A stretch of 42,909 bases of DNA from Myroides sp. (GCA_018384465.1 JAHAYQ010000125.1:1-42909), one strand, 5' to 3'; positions 28,709 to 37,190 are shown, numbered from the stretch's first letter. The notes: generated by a model from the sequence alone, not told the origin. Numbers and translations: made by a program.

Positions 28709-29181
28709 ATTGATGCTATTTTGCGTTCCAATAGGGTTTCCAGTATTTCACAATCGCTGTCGTAGATTTCACCTTCAAAAGAATAGGTATCAGTTTCTTC
28801 ATCAAATTGATACCTGTCAAAATCCTCATCTTCCAAATAAATATCTGTGAGTAGCTTGTCAGAAAATATTGCCCTACCATATATAAGGTTGCTCATTTCC
28901 TCATAATCCTGTACGAAATTCACGTGGTAGTATTCTGCTATCGCTTGTACTACCTCAATATTGGGCGACCATTTTGTTTCGTATTGAAACATTCCTATAT
29001 CCCCCTCGTTCCAATAGATGTTGAAGAAATACCCACCGTTTTCATCTGTGATAAAATCGGGTAATTGTCCTCTTTCTGTTTGTTCTTCCTTTTCCTTCAT
29101 TGCTTGGAAAAGCTGTTGTATCTGTGTGATTGCTTCGGGATTCCCCTCGAAAACAATCGTATTACTGCACCAATTTGCCAT
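28705..29181 (-). CDS. DUF1281/YubB-like ferredoxin-fold acidic protein
   Basis: MANWCSNTIVFEG start, YETKWSPN. Confidence 0.75.
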   Translation of the reverse strand: MANWCSNTIVFEGNPEAITQIQQLFQAMKEKEEQTERGQLPDFITDENGGYFFNIYWNEGDIGMFQYETKWSPNIEVVQAIAEYYHVNFVQDYEEMSNLIYGRAIFSDKLLTDIYLEDEDFDRYQFDEETDTYSFEGEIYDSDCEILETLLERKIASI

Positions 29182-29202
29182 TGTAATTTTATTTATTCGT
29201 TA

Positions 29203-29304
29203 CTATATAATATTGTCCTGTTCGAAATTCCGCACCTTTTCTTCGGCTTCCTGTATCGTTCTTCGGATATTCGCCAGTCTTTCAGGTGTAAAAGGCTTGA
29301 CCAT
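29203..29304 (-). CDS. Candidate 33-aa small protein (not in ORF track)
   Basis: MVKPFTPERLANIRRTIQEAEEKVRNFEQDNII fills the only large gap in the operon; tandem TAG TAA stops. Confidence 0.45.
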   Translation of the reverse strand: MVKPFTPERLANIRRTIQEAEEKVRNFEQDNII

Positions 29305-29316
29305 AGCCACATTGAT

Positions 29317-29721
29317 TTATATAAGGTTTTTGCGATCTATGAACTGCTCAATCTTTAAAGCGGTCTTACGGTTCTGTTCTTCGGCATATTCCAAAGCCTT
29401 TTTCTTGATTCTGAACCTTGCACCGTCCACGTTCCAACGTACTTTTATTCTATGAATGGTGGATGGGGTACTGTATGCATCGTATGTCGTGCCTGTTATT
29501 TCCTGCTCTTTTTCAACCTTGACAACTTTAATATATACACCTTGCTGTTCTACGTTGGGGTAATATGTAGAAAGCAAAAGATTTTGAGCCTTGTCAAAGA
29601 TTTCAAATCGGACAAAATCTTTATCTTCCAATAGGATACGGAACAGTTCTTTCATGTGAAAATTCCAATTCATCAAAACCCTTTCTTCGTATTTTTTATA
29701 TGTTATGATACCAATATTCAT
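29317..29721 (-). CDS. Hypothetical protein
   Basis: 134-aa ORF co-oriented in the operon. Confidence 0.75.
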   Translation of the reverse strand: MNIGIITYKKYEERVLMNWNFHMKELFRILLEDKDFVRFEIFDKAQNLLLSTYYPNVEQQGVYIKVVKVEKEQEITGTTYDAYSTPSTIHRIKVRWNVDGARFRIKKKALEYAEEQNRKTALKIEQFIDRKNLI

Positions 29722-29737
29722 GATAATTGATTTTAAT

Positions 29738-29763
29738 GGCTACCACCGATTAAGGCGGTAGCC
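29738..29763 (-). terminator. Hairpin after DUF932 gene (weak terminator or mRNA-stability element)
   Basis: GGCTACCACC-GATTAA-GGCGGTAGCC; no clean T-run. Confidence 0.45.
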
Positions 29764-29772
29764 TGTGGTTAT

Positions 29773-30846
29773 TTAATTAAGGTTTAGGATTTCTGCACCG
29801 TCCGTTGCAAAAGAAGTACATAAGTCAAATGCTTTCTGCGATTTCAGTTGAGCCGTTCCACCTAGTACAATGCTTTGTAGTTTGGCTTCATCGTTTTTGT
29901 AATTGCGTACATTTTGGTAGTAGCCTGTGACAGCGTTGTACGCTCCGAACAAAGTACCTTTTGTGGTGTCCATTTGTTGCGTATCGCTTAGCATTGCATA
30001 CGCAAAAGCATCTTCAACGGTGTTTTTAAACACGGTAGAAACTTCATCTTCCACACCTTTTTTAAGTAAATCCAACGTTTCTTTATTCGGGCAAAGTGCC
30101 AATTGAATTAGCTTTTTAACCTCTTGGTCTGTTACTTTTACCTTAGTCCAACCATTGAAGATACTTTCTAGCTGTGTGCTTAACGTATTCGCTAATCCCA
30201 TAATTTTATGAGCATTTTCAATACGTTGTTTTGCTCCCGATGTGTGTTTAATACGGACTACATTAGTCATACTGCGTAATGAGGCATTCAGCGTGTTTTG
30301 GCATACAATACGGATAGGCGTAAAAGCGGCTGTGATACTGCCCGAACCATCGTGCGAAGTTGTGAGGAAGATATATTTTTCTGTCACGTCATCGCCATTG
30401 CCAACACGGATATAATCGGGTAATTTGGCTGTGATAAATATACGTTCGCCATTACCTAATGCTCCTGCGGTTTCGTATAGAATACCCTCGCCACCACCTA
30501 CAATAGCATCAAAGAAATTAAAGGCTTCACGGTTTTGTACAATGTGGTAATCCTTACCGACTACACCCAATACTGCATTGTTATCAGTGCGTATGTTGGC
30601 AAAATAGTTGGGTACTTCCAATTCGTTACTGCCTATTTCGATACCGCTAGCTGTTTCGATAATACCCGAATCTTTGGTAAATAGTGGACTTTTTACGACT
30701 TCATAGTCTAAACCTGCGTGCTTGATAGCTTCTGCGCTTGTTGGGTATTGCTCTACGATTTGCCCCAAACCGTGCCACGCTTTTTGTTGAACGCTAAAGA
30801 ATGAATAACGTCCTGTTTTCTCGTTGAAATTGATGTTGTGTGCCAT
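29773..30846 (-). CDS. DUF932 phage/plasmid-like protein
   Basis: MAHNI, AWHGLG, YETAGAL, TSHDGSGS, TPIRIVCQNTL, GAYNAVTGY. Confidence 0.9.
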   Translation of the reverse strand: MAHNINFNEKTGRYSFFSVQQKAWHGLGQIVEQYPTSAEAIKHAGLDYEVVKSPLFTKDSGIIETASGIEIGSNELEVPNYFANIRTDNNAVLGVVGKDYHIVQNREAFNFFDAIVGGGEGILYETAGALGNGERIFITAKLPDYIRVGNGDDVTEKYIFLTTSHDGSGSITAAFTPIRIVCQNTLNASLRSMTNVVRIKHTSGAKQRIENAHKIMGLANTLSTQLESIFNGWTKVKVTDQEVKKLIQLALCPNKETLDLLKKGVEDEVSTVFKNTVEDAFAYAMLSDTQQMDTTKGTLFGAYNAVTGYYQNVRNYKNDEAKLQSIVLGGTAQLKSQKAFDLCTSFATDGAEILNLN

Positions 30847-30891
30847 AATGCTAAAAATTTTGATGTTTGAAAAATGATTAAATACTCGTTG

Positions 30892-31284
30892 TTAGAATGG
30901 GAGGTCGTCTTCTGTTTCCAATGCTGTAACCTTGATACTTTTCGATTGTGTAGAAGCTTGTGTAGTTTCTGCTCGCTTACTACCTCCGTGCAGTTTGATT
31001 TGCGAGGTATGGAAATTCAGTCCTGCTCTTAATTCTCCGTCATTACCTACCCACGCTCTTGTACTTACTCTGCCCGATAGTTCTACCAAAGTGCCTTTTG
31101 TGAGTAGTGTGGCTACCTTAGCAGAAATCCAATAAGAGCAGTCGAAATAGGTGGTTTGCTCAATGCGTTCGCCCTGCTTGTTTTTGTAGCTGTCGTTGGT
31201 CGCTACTGAAAAATTTACTACTTGTTTGTCCTGTGACGTGGTGCGTACTTCCGCATCTCTTGTCAGTCTTCCGATGATGTTCAT
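30892..31284 (-). CDS. ssb: Single-stranded DNA-binding protein
   Basis: IIGRLTRDAE, FSVATN, KGTLVELSGR, C-terminal DDLPF; ATG at 31284. Confidence 0.93.
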   Translation of the reverse strand: MNIIGRLTRDAEVRTTSQDKQVVNFSVATNDSYKNKQGERIEQTTYFDCSYWISAKVATLLTKGTLVELSGRVSTRAWVGNDGELRAGLNFHTSQIKLHGGSKRAETTQASTQSKSIKVTALETEDDLPF

Positions 31285-31416
31285 GATTTCTACTTTTTTA
31301 CGTTTTTGAATTTGTCCCGATTTGATTTTTTTAAAATTTATTCGGAAATGAGAGGTGGTGCTGAAGTTTCGTTTCACTTTTTCACCATTTTCAATGTTTA
31401 TTTTTCCCATTTCTGA

Positions 31417-31645
31417 CATTTTTTTTATTCGTTTAAAGAGCCGGAGTATGCTTTGTTTCGTTTCACGAGCATAAAAGGTTCGTGTTTAGCAGCAACAAGG
31501 TTTTGGCAAAAAAATACGACCCGAATGGGTGGAGATTATTTTGCAAACCCGAAGGGCATGACCTTTTTGCTGTGTTAAGAACACGGAAATACCTTTGCTC
31601 TTGAAATGGGACAAAACAGCATACTGGCTCTTGAATAAAAAAATG
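31417..31645 (+). promoter_or_regulatory. Long imperfect fold-back, candidate single-stranded (Frpo-like) promoter for ssb operon
   Basis: ~85-nt complementary arms; right arm holds TTTG-N20-TACCTTTG (31566-31597). Confidence 0.7.
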
Positions 31646-31903
31646 AAGTGGAAGTAATGAAAATGACGTTACACAAATGGTCTATGTGATTACAAAGTCT
31701 GCTCACTTGCTTGACCGTATTTTTTTCTTGTGTAAATAAGTGGCTTGGAGAGCCACAGAAAGGGTATTGAAGAAAATATTGAAGTGGGTACTGAGAGGTG
31801 TTTTCTCAATATCCTTGACCAAGGATCCGATCAAAGCTCTTTTATGTGCGGTGGGATTAGCAAAGGATAAATAAATGTGCTTTGGGGATAAAAAATAAGG
31901 TGT

Positions 31904-31932
31904 AAAAAAAGCAGGATCGTCAAATCCTGCTT
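31904..31932 (-). terminator. Terminator after xis
   Basis: AAGCAGGAT...ATCCTGCTT with T7 on minus strand. Confidence 0.8.
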
Positions 31933-31953
31933 AATTCATCTTTTCTTAATCGT

Positions 31954-32235
31954 TTAACTGCCATCAACTCCTTCCAGCAATTTCCGAATATCTTCGTAAC
32001 GATAGTACATCAATCCACCAATTTTAGTGTAGGGTAATGTTCCATTTAGCCGAAGGTTTTGAAGTGTGCCAGCTGAGATTCCTAATAATTTGCGCACCTC
32101 ATAGCTTTTTAACCATTCCTTTGGTTCCTGTCCCGATTTTCTCATATAAGGTGAATATCTTCTAATTTCTTCAAAAAGTTCTTTTTTAAAACTTTCAAGA
32201 TCCTCTCGGGTAATAAGTTCTACTCTCATTTGCAA
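31954..32235 (-). CDS. Excisionase-like HTH_17 protein
   Basis: WLKSYEVRKLLGISAGTLQNLRLNGTLPYTKIGG; next to integrase. Confidence 0.9.
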   Translation of the reverse strand: MQMRVELITREDLESFKKELFEEIRRYSPYMRKSGQEPKEWLKSYEVRKLLGISAGTLQNLRLNGTLPYTKIGGLMYYRYEDIRKLLEGVDGS

Positions 32236-32305
32236 TTCCTTTAAATATTAATAATTTCATGAGGGGCAGAACAGCCTTCTGTTATCAATTCTGCCACTAT
32301 GAATA

Positions 32306-32375
32306 CAAATGAACTGAAAGTAACCAAAGACTTAAACAAACTGGTATCCAATGGCACCATTTGGCTGCGAAAGGC
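32306..32375 (-). promoter_or_regulatory. 4xGCC operator and -7 element upstream of xis
   Basis: Minus strand GCCTTTCGCA GCCAAATGGT GCCATTGGAT ACCAG, 27 bp, TTCATTTG. Confidence 0.65.
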
Positions 32376-32424
32376 ATGTAATACCCTGCGTATCCTTAAA
32401 AATATACACACCAATTGCATTAAG

Positions 32425-33666
32425 CTAACCTTTTGAAGCCATTCGTTTCCTAAGGTTCTGCATATCTTCGCTAAGTTTGTGCTCTACAACTTTCGCATAG
32501 ATTTGTGTAGTACGTATCGAAGTGTGTCCAAGCATCTTACTAACAGATTCGATCGGAACGCCGTTACTCAAAGTTACAGTTGTAGCAAATGTATGTCTAG
32601 CAAGGTGGAAGGTGAAATTTTTATTAATTCCACAGATTTCAGCAATCTCCTTTAAATAACCGTTCATGCGCTGATTGGAAATGACTGGAAAAAGTGTACC
32701 TTTTGCTAAAGCTACGGGATGATCTCTATATTTTTTGATCAATTGGACCGCCTCTGGTAAGAGTGGAACCCTAACCGTCGTGTTCGTTTTTTGTCGGTTG
32801 GTCATTAACCAGTCCCGACCATCGATTCCCTTAGCAATGTTCTCTTGGGTTAGATTGAATATATCAATGTAGGCAAGCCCTGTGTGACAACTGAAAAGAA
32901 ACATATCAAGTACAGATTGCAAGCGTTCAATTTTAAAACTTTTTTTGCTCAATACCTTTAATTCTTCCTTTGTAAGATGCCCTCGTTCTACTTTGTCGAA
33001 GTGGAGTTTATATTTGGAAAAAGGATCTTTTTCCAACCAGTCCATCATAACAGCCATATTAACCATTTTCCGCAAACGCTCCATGTGCTTCATCACTCCA
33101 TTATTATTAAGAGATTTATGATGATCAATCGACTCATAATTAATAAGAAAGTTTTCGAAATCCAGAATAAACTTATAATTGAGTTCATCCAGTGTTATAT
33201 CACTTTTACGATATTGATGCTTTATAAACTTTTTGAGATAACTTTCTGTAGTGTAATAGTTTTTCATGGTGCCTGGAGCAAGTTTTGTAATAGCTACTTG
33301 CTTATGATATTCAATAACCTTTAGCAAGGTCATTGCTTCCTCTATATCTTCACCAAGGTATTTGGCTTTAACAGCATCGACAGAAACCACTTTGTTTTGC
33401 TGTATCAATTCCTGATAGCTATCAAAGATCAAAGAGCGCACCTGTTCCATGTGGCTGTTCAATTTTACGATTTCTTGCCGTTTCCCTTTTGCTCTTCCTT
33501 TTGCTTCATCCCAATTGTTGATCGATACTTTGCTTTTTAAGGAAATTTCAGTTCTGCGACCGTTTACTGTAATCCTTGCATAAACAGTGGCCGTCTCATC
33601 TTTCTTGTTCTTGGGCAACCGTAACACGAATTGAATCCCAAAGGTGTTTTTACTCTTCATATCCAT
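32425..33666 (-). CDS. int: Tyrosine integrase (Bacteroidetes type with N-terminal arm-binding domain)
   Basis: YARITVNG arm domain, TGLAYID, RQKT, HLARHTFAT, LGH...TTQIYA. Confidence 0.96.
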   Translation of the reverse strand: MDMKSKNTFGIQFVLRLPKNKKDETATVYARITVNGRRTEISLKSKVSINNWDEAKGRAKGKRQEIVKLNSHMEQVRSLIFDSYQELIQQNKVVSVDAVKAKYLGEDIEEAMTLLKVIEYHKQVAITKLAPGTMKNYYTTESYLKKFIKHQYRKSDITLDELNYKFILDFENFLINYESIDHHKSLNNNGVMKHMERLRKMVNMAVMMDWLEKDPFSKYKLHFDKVERGHLTKEELKVLSKKSFKIERLQSVLDMFLFSCHTGLAYIDIFNLTQENIAKGIDGRDWLMTNRQKTNTTVRVPLLPEAVQLIKKYRDHPVALAKGTLFPVISNQRMNGYLKEIAEICGINKNFTFHLARHTFATTVTLSNGVPIESVSKMLGHTSIRTTQIYAKVVEHKLSEDMQNLRKRMASKG

Positions 33667-33706
33667 TTATTTTATGTTCAACTCATACTCTTTGGTGCTG
33701 TTCTCT

Positions 33707-33726
33707 CCTTCCAACTAGTTGGAAGG
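33707..33726. repeat. Perfect 20-bp palindrome upstream of integrase
   Basis: CCTTCCAACTAGTTGGAAGG equals its own reverse complement. Confidence 0.85.
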
Positions 33727-33810
33727 GATGCAGTAAAGAAGTCAAACAATCATAAATAGCATCAAAATAAATGTTGTAAACAAATGATTTACAGTTATTT
33801 ATAAGCTATT

Positions 33811-33856
33811 CGGTGAGTAAATATAAAACTTAAAAAGACTCACCGTTTAACTCACA
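33811..33856. promoter_or_regulatory. Candidate integrase arm-type sites near att
   Basis: CGGTGAGT / ACTCACCG inverted pair plus a third ACTCAC copy. Confidence 0.5.
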
Positions 33857-33899
33857 TTTAGATTGATATTTATTGGGGTTTCTTGATATGAAATAAAAC

Positions 33900-33934
33900 A
33901 AAAAACCCTCAAATTCATAGAATTTGAGGGTTTT
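33900..33934 (-). terminator. Terminator downstream of tRNA-Pro
   Basis: AAAACCCTCAAATTC-ATA-GAATTTGAGGGTTTT. Confidence 0.85.
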
Positions 33935-33955
33935 AGACCTTACTTAGTGTAAGTG

Positions 33956-34033
33956 TGGTCGGGGTGGCAGGATTCGAACCTGCGACCTCCTGCTCCCAAA
34001 GCAGGCGCGATGACCGGGCTACGCTACACCCCG
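33956..34033 (-). tRNA. tRNA-Pro(TGG), CCA encoded; probable ICE integration site
   Basis: CGGGGTG acceptor stem, anticodon loop TTTGGGA, GGTTCGAATCC T-loop, ACCA end. Confidence 0.97.
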
Positions 34034-34075
34034 AATTAAAGGTAGTAATAAGATTATAATTTTAATGAACTACTG

Positions 34076-34159
34076 CGGAGAGACAGGGACTCGAACCCTG
34101 GCATCGGTTTCCCGATGACAGATTAGCAATCTGCTCCATTACCGCTCTGGCACCTCTCC
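34076..34159 (-). tRNA. tRNA-Ser(GCT)
   Basis: GGAGAGG acceptor stem, GCAGA-TTGCTAA-TCTGT anticodon arm, long variable arm, GGTTCGAGTCC. Confidence 0.96.
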
Positions 34160-34203
34160 TAACTTATCTACAAATAACATACATTACTTGTTCTAAGCGG
34201 TTG

Positions 34204-34234
34204 CAAATATAGAACGGGATTTCAGTTTACGCAA
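34204..34234 (-). promoter_or_regulatory. Promoter of the tRNA pair
   Basis: Minus strand TTG-N20-TATATTTG. Confidence 0.7.
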
Positions 34235-34306
34235 GTCTTTTTGAAAAAAAAATTAAAAAATTTGGCTTAATTTTGGTGCTACATTAGCTAAATTACAAGT
34301 AAAAGA

Positions 34307-35224
34307 ATGAATGTTAAAGGATTAGTGTTTTTAGGAATTTTATCAATATTTTCACTTTCGAGCTGTTCAAGTTCAAAAAATATTCCTCAAAAGGTCATAA
34401 CTAAAATTATTCGCGATACAATTATCGTAAATTCGAAGACAGACCAATACGAAATGACGCGTGCTGCTAAATTAGAAGATTACAAGATTAACGCGATAAA
34501 TTACCCTGCAGTTGGGCAAGATGAACGTGTTCGCTTCTTAGTTTTGCATTATACTGCTTTAAACAACGAGAAATCGATGCAAGTTTTAACGCAACAAGAA
34601 GTAAGTTCGCATTATTTAATAAATGATTTAGATGATAATGATATCCATTTATTGGTCGATGAAACGAAAAGAGCGTGGCATGCTGGTGCAAGTAAATGGA
34701 AAAATTTAGATAATTTAAATTTCACTTCCATCGGGATAGAAATTGTAAATCTTGGTTATACTACTAATAATGGTGTAATGACACATTATCCTTATCCTGA
34801 ATATCAATTTAAAAAAATTGGAAGTTTAACAAAGGATATCGTAAATCGCTATAAAATTTCACCTGTTAATGTTATTGCACATTCTGATATTGCTCCAGGT
34901 CGTAAACACGATCCAGGACCATTATTTCCATGGAAAAGATTATATGACGAATATGGAGTTGGTGCGTGGTATGAAGAAGCAGATAAGCAAATGTTTATTT
35001 CTTCCGCTCCGTTTATTTTTGACGGCGAAGTTGTGATAAAAGAGTTCCAAAAAGAATTAAAAAAATATGGTTATGATATAACTGAAACTGGAATTTGGGA
35101 TGATAAAACAAAGAAAACAACACAAGCTTTTCAGTATCATTTTAATCCTACAAAATTCGACGGAAACTTAGATGTTGAAACTTGGGCAATTATAAAAGCT
35201 TTAAACAAAAAATATAATCCGTAA
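34307..35224 (+). CDS. amiD: N-acetylmuramoyl-L-alanine amidase lipoprotein (AmiD-like, Amidase_2 + peptidoglycan-binding domain)
   Basis: Lipobox LSSC, LHYT, RAWHAG, SIGIEI, HSDIAPGRKHDPG, AFQYHF. Confidence 0.9.
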   Translation: MNVKGLVFLGILSIFSLSSCSSSKNIPQKVITKIIRDTIIVNSKTDQYEMTRAAKLEDYKINAINYPAVGQDERVRFLVLHYTALNNEKSMQVLTQQEVSSHYLINDLDDNDIHLLVDETKRAWHAGASKWKNLDNLNFTSIGIEIVNLGYTTNNGVMTHYPYPEYQFKKIGSLTKDIVNRYKISPVNVIAHSDIAPGRKHDPGPLFPWKRLYDEYGVGAWYEEADKQMFISSAPFIFDGEVVIKEFQKELKKYGYDITETGIWDDKTKKTTQAFQYHFNPTKFDGNLDVETWAIIKALNKKYNP

Positions 35225-35230
35225 ATTTGA

Positions 35231-35255
35231 GCTCCTACTTTTAGGAGCTTTTTTT
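35231..35255 (+). terminator. Intrinsic terminator after amidase
   Basis: AGCTCCTA-CTTT-TAGGAGCT followed by T-run. Confidence 0.85.
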
Positions 35256-35278
35256 ATACAAACAACACAACAACAAAA

Positions 35279-35746
35279 ATGTCAAGTTACATTTACATTA
35301 AAAATTATTTTCTTGAAGAGTTACAAAAACTTGTTCAAGAATATTTTAACAATAATTACACGGAAGAATCTACATTAGAAGTTAATATTCTAATGAAAAA
35401 TTCTCGAACGTATTTTGTTCAATTTAATGAAGAACTAGCTATTGAAGAATTGTTAGATTGGATTAATAATATTAATTTAAATAAACCATCAACCGAGCGT
35501 GAAACGATTATAGAGGGCTATCAAACTATTAATTCTGTTGATTATAAATTCTATTTTATAAATGATGACATTTTTGCAATTAACTCTAAAAATGAAACTT
35601 ATAAAATTGAAGATTTAGAAGAATTAGTTCCTATAACAATCTCGAATTCTTTATTTTCGAAAACTGATATTCCAACAAAAAACATACATTCTATGGCTAC
35701 TATCAAATTCTTTGTGCCTAAGAAAAAATGGTGGAAAATTTGGTAA
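35279..35746 (+). CDS. Hypothetical protein with KKKWWKIW C-terminus
   Basis: 155-aa ORF; family not recognised. Confidence 0.75.
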   Translation: MSSYIYIKNYFLEELQKLVQEYFNNNYTEESTLEVNILMKNSRTYFVQFNEELAIEELLDWINNINLNKPSTERETIIEGYQTINSVDYKFYFINDDIFAINSKNETYKIEDLEELVPITISNSLFSKTDIPTKNIHSMATIKFFVPKKKWWKIW

Positions 35747-35765
35747 ATAATTAAATAACTGCTGA

Positions 35766-36170
35766 ATGAGAAAATATATACTACTTATTTTATTTGCGTT
35801 ACAATCAAGTTTTATATTTGCACAATTACAATCCAATTCATTTAAAAATGATGAATTAAATTTGAAATTAGAATTATCAAATAATCACTTTTTTTATTTT
35901 CAGAATTTAAATGGATTAATCAAAGAATATGTTCGTGGAGAATGGAAAATTGATGGTAATAAATTAATCCTAACCGAATCGTCTCATAGCGAAAAAGCAG
36001 AAAATAAACACAGTATTCGAAAAGCGCCGAAATTTGATTATACTACTGCAAAACGAGAAACTATTTATACGATTTCAGGGGATAATTTAATTTTTTTCTC
36101 ACAAAAAACAGAACCCGTACAAGCCAAATTTGAGTATCAGCTATTTGGTGATTTTAAATCAGAAAAATAA
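35766..36170 (+). CDS. Exported hypothetical protein (beta-rich)
   Basis: Signal peptide; GEWKIDGNKLIL lipocalin-like strand motif. Confidence 0.7.
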   Translation: MRKYILLILFALQSSFIFAQLQSNSFKNDELNLKLELSNNHFFYFQNLNGLIKEYVRGEWKIDGNKLILTESSHSEKAENKHSIRKAPKFDYTTAKRETIYTISGDNLIFFSQKTEPVQAKFEYQLFGDFKSEK

Positions 36171-36176
36171 ATCAAT

Positions 36177-36554
36177 ATGAAATTAAAAAGCTTAACTCCA
36201 ATTATTTGGACAAAAGATATACAAACTACTACAACTTTTTATAAAAAGTTAGGATTCAAAATCAACGAAGAAAACGAAGATTTAGTTTGGACAAGCATAC
36301 AAAATGGCGAAATTGAAATCAACATTGCTAATCCAGAAGCAAACCCTGATTTTAAACAACCTCAATTCACAGGAACATTATACTTTAATGTAGAAAATGC
36401 GGATGAAGCGTGGGAAGAATTAAAACACAACAAAGTGGTTTACGAAATCGAAACGTTTGATTGGGGAATGCGCGAGTTTGCGATCGAAGATAACAACGGA
36501 TACATTTTACAATTCGGTGAAGCCATCGAATTTGATTACGGAGACGAAGATTAA
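36177..36554 (+). CDS. VOC/glyoxalase/bleomycin-resistance family protein
   Basis: FYKKLGF, LYFNVENAD, WGMREFAIEDNNGYILQFG. Confidence 0.9.
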   Translation: MKLKSLTPIIWTKDIQTTTTFYKKLGFKINEENEDLVWTSIQNGEIEINIANPEANPDFKQPQFTGTLYFNVENADEAWEELKHNKVVYEIETFDWGMREFAIEDNNGYILQFGEAIEFDYGDED

Positions 36555-36617
36555 TCCAAGATTTAAAATTAAATTCATCGTATTCTTTCCTACATTTGGA
36601 GCGAATACGATTTTTTT

Positions 36618-37190
36618 ATGCATAAGAATTACACCGCCGACCAACGTTTTGATAAAATAGATTTCACAACTTCTCCTCTATCTTTCAGGGATTTTGAACA
36701 ATGTCAATTTGTTCAATGCAATTTTAACGGAGTTGATTTAAATGATTTTAATTTTATCAATTGCGAATTTATAGAGTGTAATTTGAGCTTAGCGCAAATC
36801 AACGGAACCACGTTTCAAGATGTCAGTTTTACGAATTGTAAAATGATTGGTTTTAATTTGGAAACCAGTAATAAATTTGGATTAAAAATTAAGTTTAATA
36901 ATTGTATTCTGAATGATTCTTCTTTTTATGAGGTTCAACTTTCTAAATCTCATTTCAAAGATTGTACATTAGAAAATGTTGATTTCGCTTATGCGGATTT
37001 ATCGCAAACTTATTTTGAAAATTGTAACTTAATGAATGCAATTTTTGATCAAACCAATTTAGAAAAAGCGAATCTTACCTCATCGTATAACTTTTCTATT
37101 AATCCGACACAAAACAAAGTTAAAAACGCTAAATTTTCAAAAGAAAATTGCATTGGATTATTGGACAGTTTCCAAATCAAAATCGAATAA
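36618..37190 (+). CDS. Pentapeptide-repeat protein
   Basis: Tandem x(F/L)xxC/A pentads (CQFVQ CNFNG VDLND FNFIN CEFIE CNLSL...). Confidence 0.92.
   Translation: MHKNYTADQRFDKIDFTTSPLSFRDFEQCQFVQCNFNGVDLNDFNFINCEFIECNLSLAQINGTTFQDVSFTNCKMIGFNLETSNKFGLKIKFNNCILNDSSFYEVQLSKSHFKDCTLENVDFAYADLSQTYFENCNLMNAIFDQTNLEKANLTSSYNFSINPTQNKVKNAKFSKENCIGLLDSFQIKIE

Larger units (their letters stand above)
1..33955. mobile_element. CTnDOT/ICEEa-type integrative conjugative element, right part; left boundary outside window
   Basis: mob genes, oriT, Bacteroidetes tra cluster, xis and tyrosine integrase ending just downstream of the tRNA-Pro 3' end; tra backbone visibly more GC-rich than the host genes after 34300. 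Confidence 0.93.

Noticed and set aside
31285-31419. 45-aa N-terminal extension of SSB
   Set aside because: The SSB fold starts at MNIIGRL (31284); the extension is AT-rich leader running into the fold-back arm
36618-37190. Calling the pentapeptide protein a qnr quinolone-resistance gene
   Set aside because: Only the generic repeat is visible; Qnr-specific loops cannot be confirmed without alignment
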